DNA from: Ancylonema sp.
Taxonomy: Eukaryota
Reading direction: 5' to 3'
Assembly (NCBI GenBank): GCA_050230475.1
Contig: JBFLGF010000002.1
Location: 62,001-126,000 of the forward strand
Length of the DNA stretch: 64,000 nt
The notes beneath the pieces are model-generated. The model saw nothing but the letters and a program-made list of their open reading frames with translations, was not told the DNA's origin and made no database searches. The first letter of the stretch is position 1, and every line of letters begins with the position of its first letter. Of the stretch, positions 49,431 through 62,780 are shown piece by piece. The translations under genes were made by a program, and so were the position numbers.

Positions 49431-50319
49431 GTCAAAAGGGAGAGAGAGGGAAGAGGGAGTCGAACCGCCACCATACATTCGTCTAGATCGTCGAGCAAGG
49501 AGGCTTCGACACCTGGTGCTCGAGTTCCAACTCTCGCAGTGCCCTTGAAGGCCAGGTGCTCCTGAGCAGTTGAGAGAGCAGTAGATCAGATGCGGAGTGG
49601 GATGTGAATTTGAATGAGCACACGAGTGAAAGATTGTATTCAGCGGGTTTCACAGAGGGAGCATGCATGGATTTGAGTTCACTGACCAGGAGGTGGGCAA
49701 CGCCAGTTTGTCCATCCACCTCGTCAGCTGCGCCATCGTCTGCATTCGTGTGGCATGCTACGATAGGCGCGTTGTGCCTCTCGGCCACAATCCACTGCAT
49801 GCCATTGGGCACTTGGACGGTTGACACGCGACTTTTCAGGCCCCGGAGAGCTATATCCACTGCTCGGTCCCTTTCCTTTTCCTCTAAAGTAATTCGGGCT
49901 AAGCCGTCTGCTCGCGCTGGCACAGCGAAGGTTCCGTGACCTCCTCCGATTGCGACTGTTGTGGCCATGCAAAGCGAGGTAGAAAATTGTCTGCGCCCGA
50001 GGCTGGCGGAATTGGAAGTGGCAGGAGCTTCCTGTGTATGATTTTGGGTCGATGCCTCGCTATCACCATTTTCCGATAGTTCAGCTACGAATCTGTGAAG
50101 TAGTTCTTGTCTACGAAGATGCCGTTGAATTTTCCTTCTGCGGTGGTCCTTGTCGTTCGAGATTGGCGAGTGTCCAAGATTTGTGGCGGCCTTCAAGTTC
50201 ACACATGCTGATCCACACCAGGGATGCCACAGAAGGAAAGGACGAGACTCAAAGGGTTCGCGACGGAAGGATTCTCGACGGAGAGTGACAGATGATGAGG
50301 AACAATGCAATCTGTCCAT
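49431..50319 (-). pseudogene. 5' fragment (first two exons) of the M16 peptidase
   Basis: Matches 47295-48183 and is truncated at the duplication junction. Confidence 0.8.
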
Positions 50320-50943
50320 GCTTGCTCATAGGCTCGCAGCTATTTTTCGGTTGCTATCGCAATGCCCTGCGCATCTGTCCTCCCCACTGATATTTAGTTG
50401 GGACACCAAACATCAGCGGCTCGACAAGTGCTCTGTCGTATCGTATCGTGAGAGAGGTGGGCTTCGAGGCTTCGTTCGCCCGTGCATCTACAATCGTTGT
50501 GCTACTCAACTCAATTTGTGCTAACGTGCTAACGGGGGCGAATAGGTGGCACTTCACGAGGGCCTTGGGGAGGGTCCCCGTGACTTTTCACCAATCACGC
50601 AACAAGTTTTGGTCTTCACGCGTGTGAGTACAATGTAAGCGTGTACGTGTGGCCACGGCCCCACGCCGCACTGCCAGCGCTGACGGCACACGTCCAATTG
50701 CTTCCTCGCCCCACTTTTCGGCTTTCCCTTGGCGAGCGTCTGCATCTCCCAATCACTGGCGATTTCTACCAAATGCCGCAAATCTTTGATTGACAGACAA
50801 TTACGACTCTTTTCTGTGCGTGGCAAATGTGCTACATACCACACTGAATACGGCAGTCCTGTGGGAGCTGAATTCCGGCCACATTGACTTTTCTGTTTGC
50901 GGCATTGTCTAAATTTTGTCGGTGGTGCACTTGTCAATCAACC

Positions 50944-53900
50944 ATGTCCGAATCTGTGTTTCTTCCTAAGAATGTGCGTCCCCGAAAGTATACCCTGTTT
51001 CTCGATCCCAGTTTGGAGACCTTCGAGTTTCAAGGGAAAGTGACGATTGATCTGGACGTCATGGAAAGCTGCAGCGCCATTACCTTCCACGCTGACAGGC
51101 TCGAGATATACACTGTGAGTCACTCAACCGCATCGTATCGCCAACTGCCCAGGAAACCATCTGCAAGGCACTCAGTCATGTCAGAATACATTTTTTGGGG
51201 GTAAGATTCGTGTATGAGCCCGGTTTTTTTTTTGTTTGAATTTTGGAAATTATCTTCGTAGCACCAAAAAAATCGCAAAATTACCAATGCATGTCTGACA
51301 GTTGCCGTCCCAATATCGGGGGCACTCCTCACCAATTGGTGAAACCAAACAGCGATACCAATGACCACTTGTGTTCGATTTCCACGAAGTGTATTGAACG
51401 AGGAACTGATCAGTGCACACACTGTCGGTTGCATGCGTTTTCATAGGGCCACCTCTCTGAACACAACATTGCAAGAGTGACAAGCACATAAAATTTCTTG
51501 CTTCCCTCCCAGTTTTCTCTGTCATGTCACAAACTGAAGATGTGGTCTTCCCTACATTCCCCTGCCTATGAGCCCCCTCATACTGCTTCCATCTTTCAAA
51601 CAAGAGTGCTAAACGGTATCACAACGCCTTCCTTTCCATCTCCCCCCACCAGGCCGAGCTCTTCCTCAATGGCACTCCCCTTCACTTGGGCTCCTCTACA
51701 GTTCCCCGGCTCGACCTGGATCCCCAAGCCCAGCGAGCCACCGTCAGCGTGGGCTCCTTTGTTCTGCACCCCGGTCCCCTGCAGATGGTGCTCACCTTCA
51801 AAGGCATCCTCAACGACGACATGATGGGATTCTACCGTGAGTTCAGACGCCCCTTCCTGTGCTTCTCCTCCATACCCTATTCCCTCCCGCTGCATTTCAA
51901 AGGTGTCATGACATCACCACCTTTGCAACGGATCCCATCTCTCTCTGCCTCTGTAAGCACTTAGCAGCACATCACAGGCACGCTGCTTTTCCATGTGCCA
52001 TCCCTTGGTATCCCCCTCCCTCGAGTCATATTCGTGAAGCTCTATCCTCTCATTCCTGCCCAGGTGCCTCCTACCAAGTGGACGGCAAGCAGCAGTGGAT
52101 GGCTTGCACTCAGTTTGAGGCCATCGGAGCGCGCCGAGCCCTTCCCTGCTGGGACGAGCCCTCGTGGAAGGCTGTGTTCGAAGTGACCATGGCTGTTCCT
52201 CCCGGCCTCATCGGCCTCAGCAACATGCCGGTGGTGGATCGCGCAGTGAGGGCAGACGGGAAGGCGTTGTTGCGCTATGCAGCAACGCCCGTGATGAGCA
52301 GCTACTTGTTGGCGTTTGTGGTGGGAGATATGGATAGAGTAAGCAGCCAAACAAAGGAAGGCGTGGAGGTGAGGAGCAGAAGGATTTTTTTGGGGTTTTT
52401 TTTTGTACCTCCTCATGCATCCCCTTCATTGTTATCTGGGAAGGGTATGGAGATAGAATTGAAATGATACCCAACAGAGCATATGACTAAATGCTGGTGC
52501 TCTCATTGACAAGAGAGTATGTTGCCCATCCTCACTGCCGTGTGCTGCGCTGTGGTTGTGCATGTATTCAGGTGAATGTGTACACCATCCCAGGAGCCAA
52601 GCAGCAGGGGCAGTTTGCTGTACAGGCAGCATCCCAGCTCATCTCCTTTTTCGCAGAATATGTCGACATCGCCTATCCGCTGCCAAAAGCAGACCTTGTT
52701 GGTAGGCTGGACTCCTGCCAGACCTCCATGTAGGGTCCTTTACGAATTTGGGCCACTTTTCGATGAAGCTTACGAGAGGAGAAACGTGGACTTGACACTG
52801 AAGTCTGCCTCCTCTCCTGAGTTGGGTTACATTCCCCCTTCTCTATTTTCCTTTTCCTTCGCAGCCATTCCTGATTTTGCTGCGGGTGCGATGGAGAACT
52901 GGGGACTGGTTTGTTTCCGGGACACCGCTCTGCTGCTCGACCAGAATTCCTCCTCTGCTGCCGCCTTCCAGGCAGTGGCAGAAACAGTTTCCCACGAACT
53001 CGCGCACCAGGTGGGCTCAGAAAAGAGAAGAAGAAGAAGAATAAGAAGGCAGACTGAGCTTTGTGGTGAACAAAAGGACGCGTAGAAAAATGAAGCGTGA
53101 CATTGTTGAGGGGGTGTGCGCTCCGCAGCTCCCTCACCTGAAACCGGGAGAGGTGAAAACAGTGACCGGCGTTGTATGCATTGATGAAGTACTGACTGAG
53201 TAATTGAGGTCTGGTCGGTGTCAAACATGGGCATTGCTGAGTCGGGGGGGGCACCCCCTGTCCTCCACACTGCAGTGGTTTGGCAACCTGGTGACGATGC
53301 AGTGGTGGAGCGACTTGTGGCTGAACGAGGGTTTTGCCACGTGGGTGGGCACGCTGGGGGTGGACCACATCAAGCCCGACTACGGGGTCTGGACGCAGGT
53401 CTCTCTGCCCACATCCCCTTCACAACCGCGCAGAGCGACCCCAGGCGTTTCACACCTGTCCTCCTCCTCCTCCTCCTTCCCCCCCAGGTTGTTTCGAGTG
53501 AGATGGTGAAGGCGCTGGAGACGGACGCTCTCCTCTCCTCTCACCCCGTGGAGGTGGAGATCAACGACCCTGAGGAGATCGAGCAGGTGTTCGACGACCT
53601 GAGCTACAGCAAGGGGGCCAGCATACTGAGGCAACTCAACGCTGCAGTGGGCCCACTGTCCTTCCAACAGGTCGGTGCCCTGTTCGCCGGGGGGGGTGTG
53701 GGGGGGCGGGCGTGAGGAGAACAACCGGATCGGATGGGATCGAGTCGGGTAGAATTGAATCATTCCGATGTCCAGTTGCGTTGTCTCAACCCCCTACCGC
53801 TCTCTTTCCTGCAACAGGGCCTCCGCACCTACCTGTCCACCCACCAGTACAGCAACACAGTGACCAATGACCTCTGGAAGGCCGTGGGGGCGGCCTCAGG

Positions 53901-56605
53901 CCAACCCGTAGAGACTCAAATGCAAGGGTGGACTCGGCAGATGGGCTATCCCCTCATCACTGTGCACGGGAGGGCACCAGGGGGGGGGCTGAAGCTGAGT
54001 CAGACCCGTTTCCTTTCTCAAGTTCTACCCACTCCCCGGGAGTACAGCCTCTGTTCAGTGCCTGTGACAGCTGTGGTGGGGGGGGAGATGAAGATGTTCA
54101 TACTGGATGAGAGGGAGGGAGTGGCTGGGGAGTTCGAGGTAGCAGAGGGGGGATGGCTGAAGCTGAATGCGGAGCAGGTGGGGTTCTTCCGCGTGAACTA
54201 CCCCCAACACATGTGGACGGCTCTAGAGGAAGGGGTGGCGGCAGGGGAGGTTGGGGTTCTTGACAGACTGGGTAAGGGGGCGGAGGGGTGGGGACTGGAT
54301 GTTCTGAGCTGGGGGTCTGATGGTCTTCTTTGGTTCTGAGGGTGGGCGCAGGCATCTTGATGGACGCCTTTGCTCTGGCGAAGGCAGGGGTGCTGCAGAC
54401 CACGCAGGCCCTGCAGCTGGCACTGGCCTACAGGGGCGAGAACGAGTAAGGGAGGATGCATACAGCAGCATGTCTATTGTTCAGATAGGGCAGGCAGACA
54501 GAGAGGGGGGGGAGGAGGGTGGGTGGGAGATGGAGAGGGGGATGGGGTGTTCTGATCCCACAGGTACACTGTGTGGAGTCAGCTGAGTGGCAGCTGGGAG
54601 GAGGTGGCTCTGCTGCTCTCTGCCACCCCACACCTTCCCGCTTTCGAGGATGTGGGGCTGGGCCTGTTCCTACCAATCGCCGAGAAGGTTGGGTGGGAGG
54701 CAGTGGAGGTACGGCCCACCTCCCCCACTGTACCTGCTTGATTGTAAGAGAGCGGGGGGGGGCATTGGCGATGTGTTCGAGGGGATGGGGGAGTTGTTGC
54801 AGGGCGAGTCGCATCAAGCTGTGCTCCTCCGCCCCTTAGTCCTCCGCAGACTAGCCGAGTACGGCCATGGAGGCACCATACAAAAGTGCCAGGAGCTGTT
54901 TCAGAAGATGATCAAGGACCCAAAGTACGACCCCACTCCTTTTTTTCTGTCTCCTGCACTCTCTGTCACACCTGTTGCTCTTGTGCACAACAGGCAATAG
55001 GGCAATAGGAAAAGTGAGGTAGATAGGGAACGACAATAGGTTATCATTGGCACTCTGGTTGGAGGATAGGGCCTAAAACAGCAACTGTCGCCAGATTGTC
55101 GATTCCAGTTCCTGAGTGCTGGTTGCTGATTGGTGGCAGCAGGCTAGTGACTTGACTGGAAGGGGGGTAGCAGGTCGGCGGGCGCGGATCTGCGGTACTT
55201 GGTGGCATCAGTAGCTGTTATGGAGGGGGGCAGGGAGGAATTCGAGGCTGCCAAGAAGCTCTATAGAGAGGCGGATGTGGCTGACTTTAAAGAAGACTGC
55301 CTTTTTGGTACAAAAACTGCCCCCCTCAAACCAACGCCAGGGGCTGCAGTGGTTCTTGTGCTCTCTGGTGCTTGGCTCCTAGGAAAAGCGGCCTGACAGG
55401 AGGGTAGAAGATTGATTGAATGTTCTGACGGATGGTTGGGAGTGTGATGTGTATGGCAGACATGGGCTATACTCAGAGGGATGAGCTGATCGATGAGTAC
55501 TTGGACTTTGGTTTCGACGAGAAGGAGGTCAAATCTCAGAACACGTCGTAAGCACACGTTCTTATCGTAGGCTGACTGGATGAAAAAAACAAGTAACAAA
55601 AAGTATCGGCCACGTGAGACCTTTGCTCGATTGTTCAGATGGCAGGGAATGGCGACTCATGGGTTGCAACAGTGAATCAAAGTTGTGGGAGGAAGGAGAG
55701 ATCCCTCTAAAGTTCTTGCCACTCCTTTGGTGACGGACCAAAGAACAGCATAAGCACACTCCAAAGAGTTTTGAAAAGCAATACTTGGTCTATACCCACC
55801 GTTTTGCACCGCCTGTCCTGAGGGACGACTCAGAGTTTGTCATTCAGGGAAAAGCAGATTGGATTTCGATATTCTGCATTCCATAGCTGCCTCTACCTTT
55901 CTCTCGAGTCCACAGCTACCGTTCCAACGCAACGGACTGTCTCGAGCATGTCGCAGGTACGTTCTCTCCATTCTGGCAAAGAATGATGCCGGAAAGGAGT
56001 TGGGTTGGAAATACGTGAAGCGGAACTGGGAGGCCATTTACGTGCGATTCCATAACTCTACAGGGCTTTTCCAGGTAATAGGAAAGGTGGACCAAGCTAG
56101 GGCCACATCGGATGAGTTGCACTCTATAGCTATCAAGTACGCTGCTCGCATAGAATAAAATTTTACAACAGGGGTGCGGTCACCCAAGCTCACTATATCA
56201 AGCTTGTATAGTAGTGTTATGCTCGGGCATTTCACAAGGTAGGTCTTCACTGTATTTGAAAACATCATTCCCAGAGCATTGGCGCTGTTTTTTTGTTGTT
56301 GTTGTAAGGTCGCTAGTTTTCTTAAAACAATGTCTGGAAATGCATCATGACCATTTGTTGTTTTAGTCGAATTTCCTTGAACTGGAGTGGTTTGTAAAAA
56401 CGCGTTGCAGAGGTTTGTGACGGCTCCCATCTCCACATTTTGCACGATGGCCAAAGCGCAAGACGCGGAATTGTTCTTTCAAGCAAATCCAGTGCCAGAG
56501 GCATCAATGGATCTCAGTAGGGCACTAGAGAACATCAAAACCCGGGCTGCTTGGTTGACAAGAGACCATAGAAGCATAGTGGAGTGGCTAGTGGCTAGGA
56601 AGTAG
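50944..56605 (+). CDS. M1 family aminopeptidase (puromycin-sensitive/APM1-like), multi-exon
   Basis: [13 protein letters not shown]..., [91 protein letters not shown]1-like C-terminus ending ...IVEWLVARK*. Confidence 0.95.
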
Positions 56606-57814
56606 GCCAAGTAGTAAGTAAGGTAAGCATTGGATGATCGAGAGAAAGGCAAAATAATTAATGATGCAAAGCAAAGGCTCGGAAGCAATGTATTCTACTC
56701 GCCCCTCAAGTATGGAGGGATGATACATAGAACAACATGGTTGACGTATAGTGAACAAACACAACACAACCAATTATAAAATGTGCATATAGCACCGCTG
56801 CCATGGTAAAATTTATATGTCACTAGTTGATCGAGAGTAGTACAGTTATATACTTGATGTGTACCAGAAAAACCTACTGTCAGCTACATGTGTGCATAAG
56901 ACTTTGAAATCCTCAAATTGAAATTGGTAGAGGTAGTGTTTAGAAGAATAGTATTCATGAGAAGAGAGAGTCGATTTCGACATGTTGATTATTGAAAATG
57001 GAGTTTTTTACATTGCTTTGCCAATACTGTAATAAACATACATGGGATGTTTAGCATCGTCTTATGTAACGCATCATGGTCAAACACCAAATCCCGTACA
57101 AGCACCATCACGCTCGGTGTCCAAAAAAAAAAAAACAAAAAAAAAACATTGTGAATACCGATTTTTCATTTATAGCGAATAAGTCCGATCTTTGTGTAGA
57201 GTTGTGCAATAGTTAGTCTCTTTCTTCTTGAGGTTTTTGGGCCCATGTAGTGCATGTTGGTCTCGCTCATATATCCTCATAGCGACATGTGACTTGTGTC
57301 AACAGAGCGGATAGGAAAGGTGGACGGAAAGGGCATAATTTTTCGCTTGTCGAGATGCCCGAGTACAATTGATGCACACTTGTTGTTCACATAAACAAGT
57401 TCAGTGAATGTGAACATGGGTGGCTATTTTGTGTTTTGGAATCACGAATTGGCTTCATTGAATTTAAGAAGTCTTCTTGATAACGAGTTTGTGCTTGTTA
57501 CATAAAATATACCTTCGTGATAGGCGTTAGCATATTCTACGGAAAGGGCGCGGACGTGTGCCTTTAAGGCAATGATAGTCTTCTAATGCGCTTGTTTGAC
57601 CAAATACAGGTGGGTGAAAGGATGAGTACTTGATGAGAATATATTAAAATGTTTACAAGCTTGACAAGCACATTGTGCTATCAAGGACGCGTGCACACTC
57701 TTTGTGTCCCCACTCACACTTGCGAATGTCCTATGTGCCAAAAAAATCATACTAGCAACCTCATAGGATCTATAGGTATTTGTTTGCCTGTATAAATAAA
57801 TATGTATGTCTGTC

Positions 57815-57829
57815 TATATATATATATGT

Positions 57830-57889
<60 letters not shown>

Positions 57890-57915
57890 ATATATATATA
57901 TATATATATATTTAT
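57815..57915. repeat. (TA)n microsatellite (duplicate at ~61587-61700)
   Basis: Long AT dinucleotide run. Confidence 0.97.
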
Positions 57916-59399
57916 ATACATACTTACTATACATATTTGTATTGTATTTGTATATATATTTGTTTGTAGATATTACACAAATGTGTAATATCATTGTATG
58001 GACATTTTTTGAAGCCACGATGTTAGCTAAGGGGGAAATAAAAATTGTCATTTGGTCAATGTTTCGCAATATTCTAGGTCAATGAAGTATTCTCGAGAAC
58101 CGAAACATCGAAATGTCGCGCAATGACTTTGCCGCCATGAGAGAGTTCCATCTCGTATCAACCCACTTCTTCCCTTCGTTAGAAGTGGTCTACCGTTGTG
58201 TTGTACGACATGGTAAACTTTTATTACTGCCTATACCCTCACTCAGAATAAAAAGAATTAGACCAATCCTCACATGGAATGTAAAATCTCGGTGCTACGT
58301 TGGAACCAAGTCAAGTTTAAAGAGAAAGTGTATATTATTGAAAAACGACGGGAACCCCATCTCATTACAAGAACGTGCTTGTAAAGAAACTACATATTAT
58401 AAAAACGTAAAAAAAAGGTCGAGTTCTGAAGAGGTGGAATCTGGAATTCAATTTGGCGAACCTCTCATATGCAATTTCCCTCATTTGTGGCATGACCTCT
58501 ACCTTGGATTGAAACAAGGCGGTCCATCGTTAAGGCACGGGCAGACTCTAAAACATCCTTATTAAAGATCGAAAATATGAATTCACGATTTTTCCATGGG
58601 AGGTCAACGTGACACTTTCTGCAAGGCACGCATCACTACAACAACGATCCTTAGTTTGCAAGGTCCACCAAGTCGTAAGCAAGCAAGGTTTGCATCGACC
58701 ATGTCGGCCAAGGTGTCGCCTGCCATTGCATCCAGAATCACAATGCCCACACGCCCCCACGCCCCCCAGGGTCCGACGAAGATATGATTATCGTGTGCCT
58801 CGTTGCCCATGCTAGCACAGCTCGAATGATGTGGTAAACCCGAATCACTGAGTGAGTTGTGCGAAGGTGTACATGAAATCTTGAAACTAGAGATATCCAT
58901 GAATCATACCCTTACGATAAATCACCTCTATTTTTTTACTCCTACTCTAGATTCCGACAATATTCTTACTAAGGCTATTCTTACTAAATTACGACTGCGA
59001 TTTTAAATTCCGACTGTACATTGCAGTTTTACGTTTATTGACAGCATCTCCATGTAACGCTACCAAGTTGCATCGCTTCCAACATGATTGCTTACATGCA
59101 AAATGTGTAGAATTCATAATTTTACTAGTACTCTATGGTCACGTGACGTACAATATGGTACAATATTGTTGGTATGGTACAATATATAGCGATAGCGGTG
59201 TAGGAGGATGACCATGGGTATATCAATGATATCAATGATACTGAAGAAAGGGATTTACCTATTTGGTTTTAGTCAAATGCCATATCGCCATGATCTCGTT
59301 TTGCAACATCGACATTTTTGGTTTTGCCGACCCGAAACATGTTGAGAAACCTTACCGCCGATTTGTGAAAGATTCCTTATGCCCAGTGTGATATTGGAT

Positions 59400-59720
59400 T
59401 ATTGCTCCCTCAGAGAGGGGCTGAAAAGCAATGTTACGGTTTAAAAAAAAATCCATAGCTGTTAAATAAAAAGGAAATGTGTAAGGAAATCTGGTATGAA
59501 AATCTTCACTTGTTGACTGGGCATGAGTCAGGTTGTCGGCAGGCTCCCAAGATCTTTCAGACACGTCGTGACCTACCCAGTACACCAAATAGAAGAGCTT
59601 GCGATACCAGATCTTGGAGTCGAGGACGGATTGACGGACGTAGCGTTCCCATCACGATGGAGTACTAGTGGAGAACTAGGATCGACGGAACTCGAACCAG
59701 GATGGGTGGAACTCGAATGT
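59400..59720 (-). mobile_element. Chromovirus (Ty3/Gypsy) integrase chromodomain remnant
   Basis: VLDSKIWYRKLFYLVYWVGHDVSERSWEPADNLTHAQ...FH..FP followed by purine-rich tgagggag. Confidence 0.75.
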
Positions 59721-61601
59721 AAGAACGGTAACTAGTTAAAGCAAGCAAAACGAACGACTTGTTGACGAAATGATTATCATGTACGGAATAACAGCGACGG
59801 GATTTAACTTCAAATCTAAGCGAACGAATGAAATGGTCACTCACTGCCGGGCTAAGTATCGTACTAGCTAGTTAGTGTTGAGTATGTAATGCTAAGTGTG
59901 ACGCGTGCCCAGCCGCGGACTGTTGAGCACGTAATGCCGAGATCGGCGCGTGCCCAACCGCGGACTATATCAAGCTTGTATAGTAGTGTTATGCTCGGGC
60001 ATTTCACAAGGTAGGTCTTCACTGTATTTGAAAACATCATTCCCAGAGCATTGGCGCTGTTTTTTTGTTGTTGTTGTAAGGTCGCTAGTTTTCTTAAAAC
60101 AATGTCTGGAAATGCATCATGACCATTTGTTGTTTTAGTCGAATTTCCTTGAACTGGAGTGGTTTGTAAAAACGCGTTGCAGAGGTTTGTGACGGCTCCC
60201 ATCTCCACATTTTGCACGATGGCCAAAGCGCAAGACGCGGAATTGTTCTTTCAAGCAAATCCAGTGCCAGAGGCATCAATGGATCTCAGTAGGGCACTAG
60301 AGAACATCAAAACCCGGGCTGCTTGGTTGACAAGAGACCATAGAAGCATAGTGGAGTGGCTAGTGGCTAGGAAGTAGGCCAAGTAGTAAGTAAGGTAAGC
60401 ATTGGATGATCGAGAGAAAGGCAAAATAATTAATGATGCAAAGCAAAGGCTCGGAAGCAATGTATTCTACTCGCCCCTCAAGTATGGAGGGATGATACAT
60501 AGAACAACATGGTTGACGTATAGTGAACAAACACAACACAACCAATTATAAAATGTGCATATAGCACCGCTGCCATGGTAAAATTTATATGTCACTAGTT
60601 GATCGAGAGTAGTACAGTTATATACTTGATGTGTACCAGAAAAACCTACTGTCAGCTACATGTGTGCATAAGACTTTGAAATCCTCAAATTGAAATTGGT
60701 AGAGGTAGTGTTTAGAAGAATAGTATTCATGAGAAGAGAGAGTCGATTTCGACATGTTGATTATTGAAAATGGAGTTTTTTACATTGCTTTGCCAATACT
60801 GTAATAAACATACATGGGATGTTTAGCATCGTCTTATGTAACGCATCATGGTCAAACACCAAATCCCGTACAAGCACCATCACGCTCGGTGTCCAAAAAA
60901 AAAAAAACAAAAAAAAAACATTGTGAATACCGATTTTTCATTTATAGCGAATAAGTCCGATCTTTGTGTAGAGTTGTGCAATAGTTAGTCTCTTTCTTCT
61001 TGAGGTTTTTGGGCCCATGTAGTGCATGTTGGTCTCGCTCATATATCCTCATAGCGACATGTGACTTGTGTCAACAGAGCGGATAGGAAAGGTGGACGGA
61101 AAGGGCATAATTTTTCGCTTGTCGAGATGCCCGAGTACAATTGATGCACACTTGTTGTTCACATAAACAAGTTCAGTGAATGTGAACATGGGTGGCTATT
61201 TTGTGTTTTGGAATCACGAATTGGCTTCATTGAATTTAAGAAGTCTTCTTGATAACGAGTTTGTGCTTGTTACATAAAATATACCTTCGTGATAGGCGTT
61301 AGCATATTCTACGGAAAGGGCGCGGACGTGTGCCTTTAAGGCAATGATAGTCTTCTAATGCGCTTGTTTGACCAAATACAGGTGGGTGAAAGGATGAGTA
61401 CTTGATGAGAATATATTAAAATGTTTACAAGCTTGACAAGCACATTGTGCTATCAAGGACGCGTGCACACTCTTTGTGTCCCCACTCACACTTGCGAATG
61501 TCCTATGTGCCAAAAAAATCATACTAGCAACCTCATAGGATCTATAGGTATTTGTTTGCCTGTATAAATAAATATGTATGTCTGTCTATATATATATATG
61601 T

Positions 61602-61661
<60 letters not shown>

Positions 61662-62780
61662 ATATATATATATATATATATATGTACTTATATACTTATA
61701 TACATACTTACTATACATATTTGTATTGTATTTGTATATATATTTGTTTGTAGATATTACACAAATGTGTAATATCATTGTATGGACATTTTTTGAAGCC
61801 ACGATGTTAGCTAAGGGGGAAATAAAAATTGTCATTTGGTCAATGTTTCGCAATATTCTAGGTCAATGAAGTATTCTCGAGAACCGAAACATCGAAATGT
61901 CGCGCAATGACTTTGCCGCCATGAGAGAGTTCCATCTCGTATCAACCCACTTCTTCCCTTCGTTAGAAGTGGTCTACCGTTGTGTTGTACGACATGGTAA
62001 ACTTTTATTACTGCCTATACCCTCACTCAGAATAAAAAGAATTAGACCAATCCTCACATGGAATGTAAAATCTCGGTGCTACGTTGGAACCAAGTCAAGT
62101 TTAAAGAGAAAGTGTATATTATTGAAAAACGACGGGAACCCCATCTCATTACAAGAACGTGCTTGTAAAGAAACTACATATTATAAAAACGTAAAAAAAA
62201 GGTCGAGTTCTGAAGAGGTGGAATCTGGAATTCAATTTGGCGAACCTCTCATATGCAATTTCCCTCATTTGTGGCATGACCTCTACCTTGGATTGAAACA
62301 AGGCGGTCCATCGTTAAGGCACGGGCAGACTCTAAAACATCCTTATTAAAGATCGAAAATATGAATTCACGATTTTTCCATGGGAGGTCAACGTGACACT
62401 TTCTGCAAGGCACGCATCACTACAACAACGATCCTTAGTTTGCAAGGTCCACCAAGTCGTAAGCAAGCAAGGTTTGCATCGACCATGTCGGCCAAGGTGT
62501 CGCCTGCCATTGCATCCAGAATCACAATGCCCACACGCCCCCACGCCCCCCAGGGTCCGACGAAGATATGATTATCGTGTGCCTCGTTGCCCATGCTAGC
62601 ACAGCTCGAATGATGTGGTAAACCCGAATCACTGAGTGAGTTGTGCGAAGGTGTACATGAAATCTTGAAACTAGAGATATCCATGAATCATACCCTTACG
62701 ATAAATCACCTCTATTTTTTTACTCCTACTCTAGATTCCGACAATATTCTTACTAAGGCTATTCTTACTAAATTACGACT

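Larger units (their letters stand above)
47294..51806 (+). repeat. Tandem duplication (47294-49430 and 49431-51806) of the M16/M1 head-to-head region
   Basis: Identical ORFs at offsets 2136 and 2376; copy 1 lacks 240 bp (50717-50956 of copy 2); junction ttcaaaggca|gtcaaaaggg contains no N. Confidence 0.95.
56192..62780 (+). repeat. ~3.77-kb tandem duplication; second copy (59964-62780) carries the aminopeptidase last exon and is cut by a Copia insertion
   Basis: 56192-58996 matches 59964-62780 (offset 3772, then 3784 after a 12-bp difference at the TA tract). Confidence 0.95.

Noticed and set aside
57770..58085. YIYIYI ORFs (also ~61542-61869)
   Set aside because: Translations of (TA)n.
58113..58565. 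150-aa ORF present twice
   Set aside because: No recognisable motif; the repetition is due to the segmental duplication.
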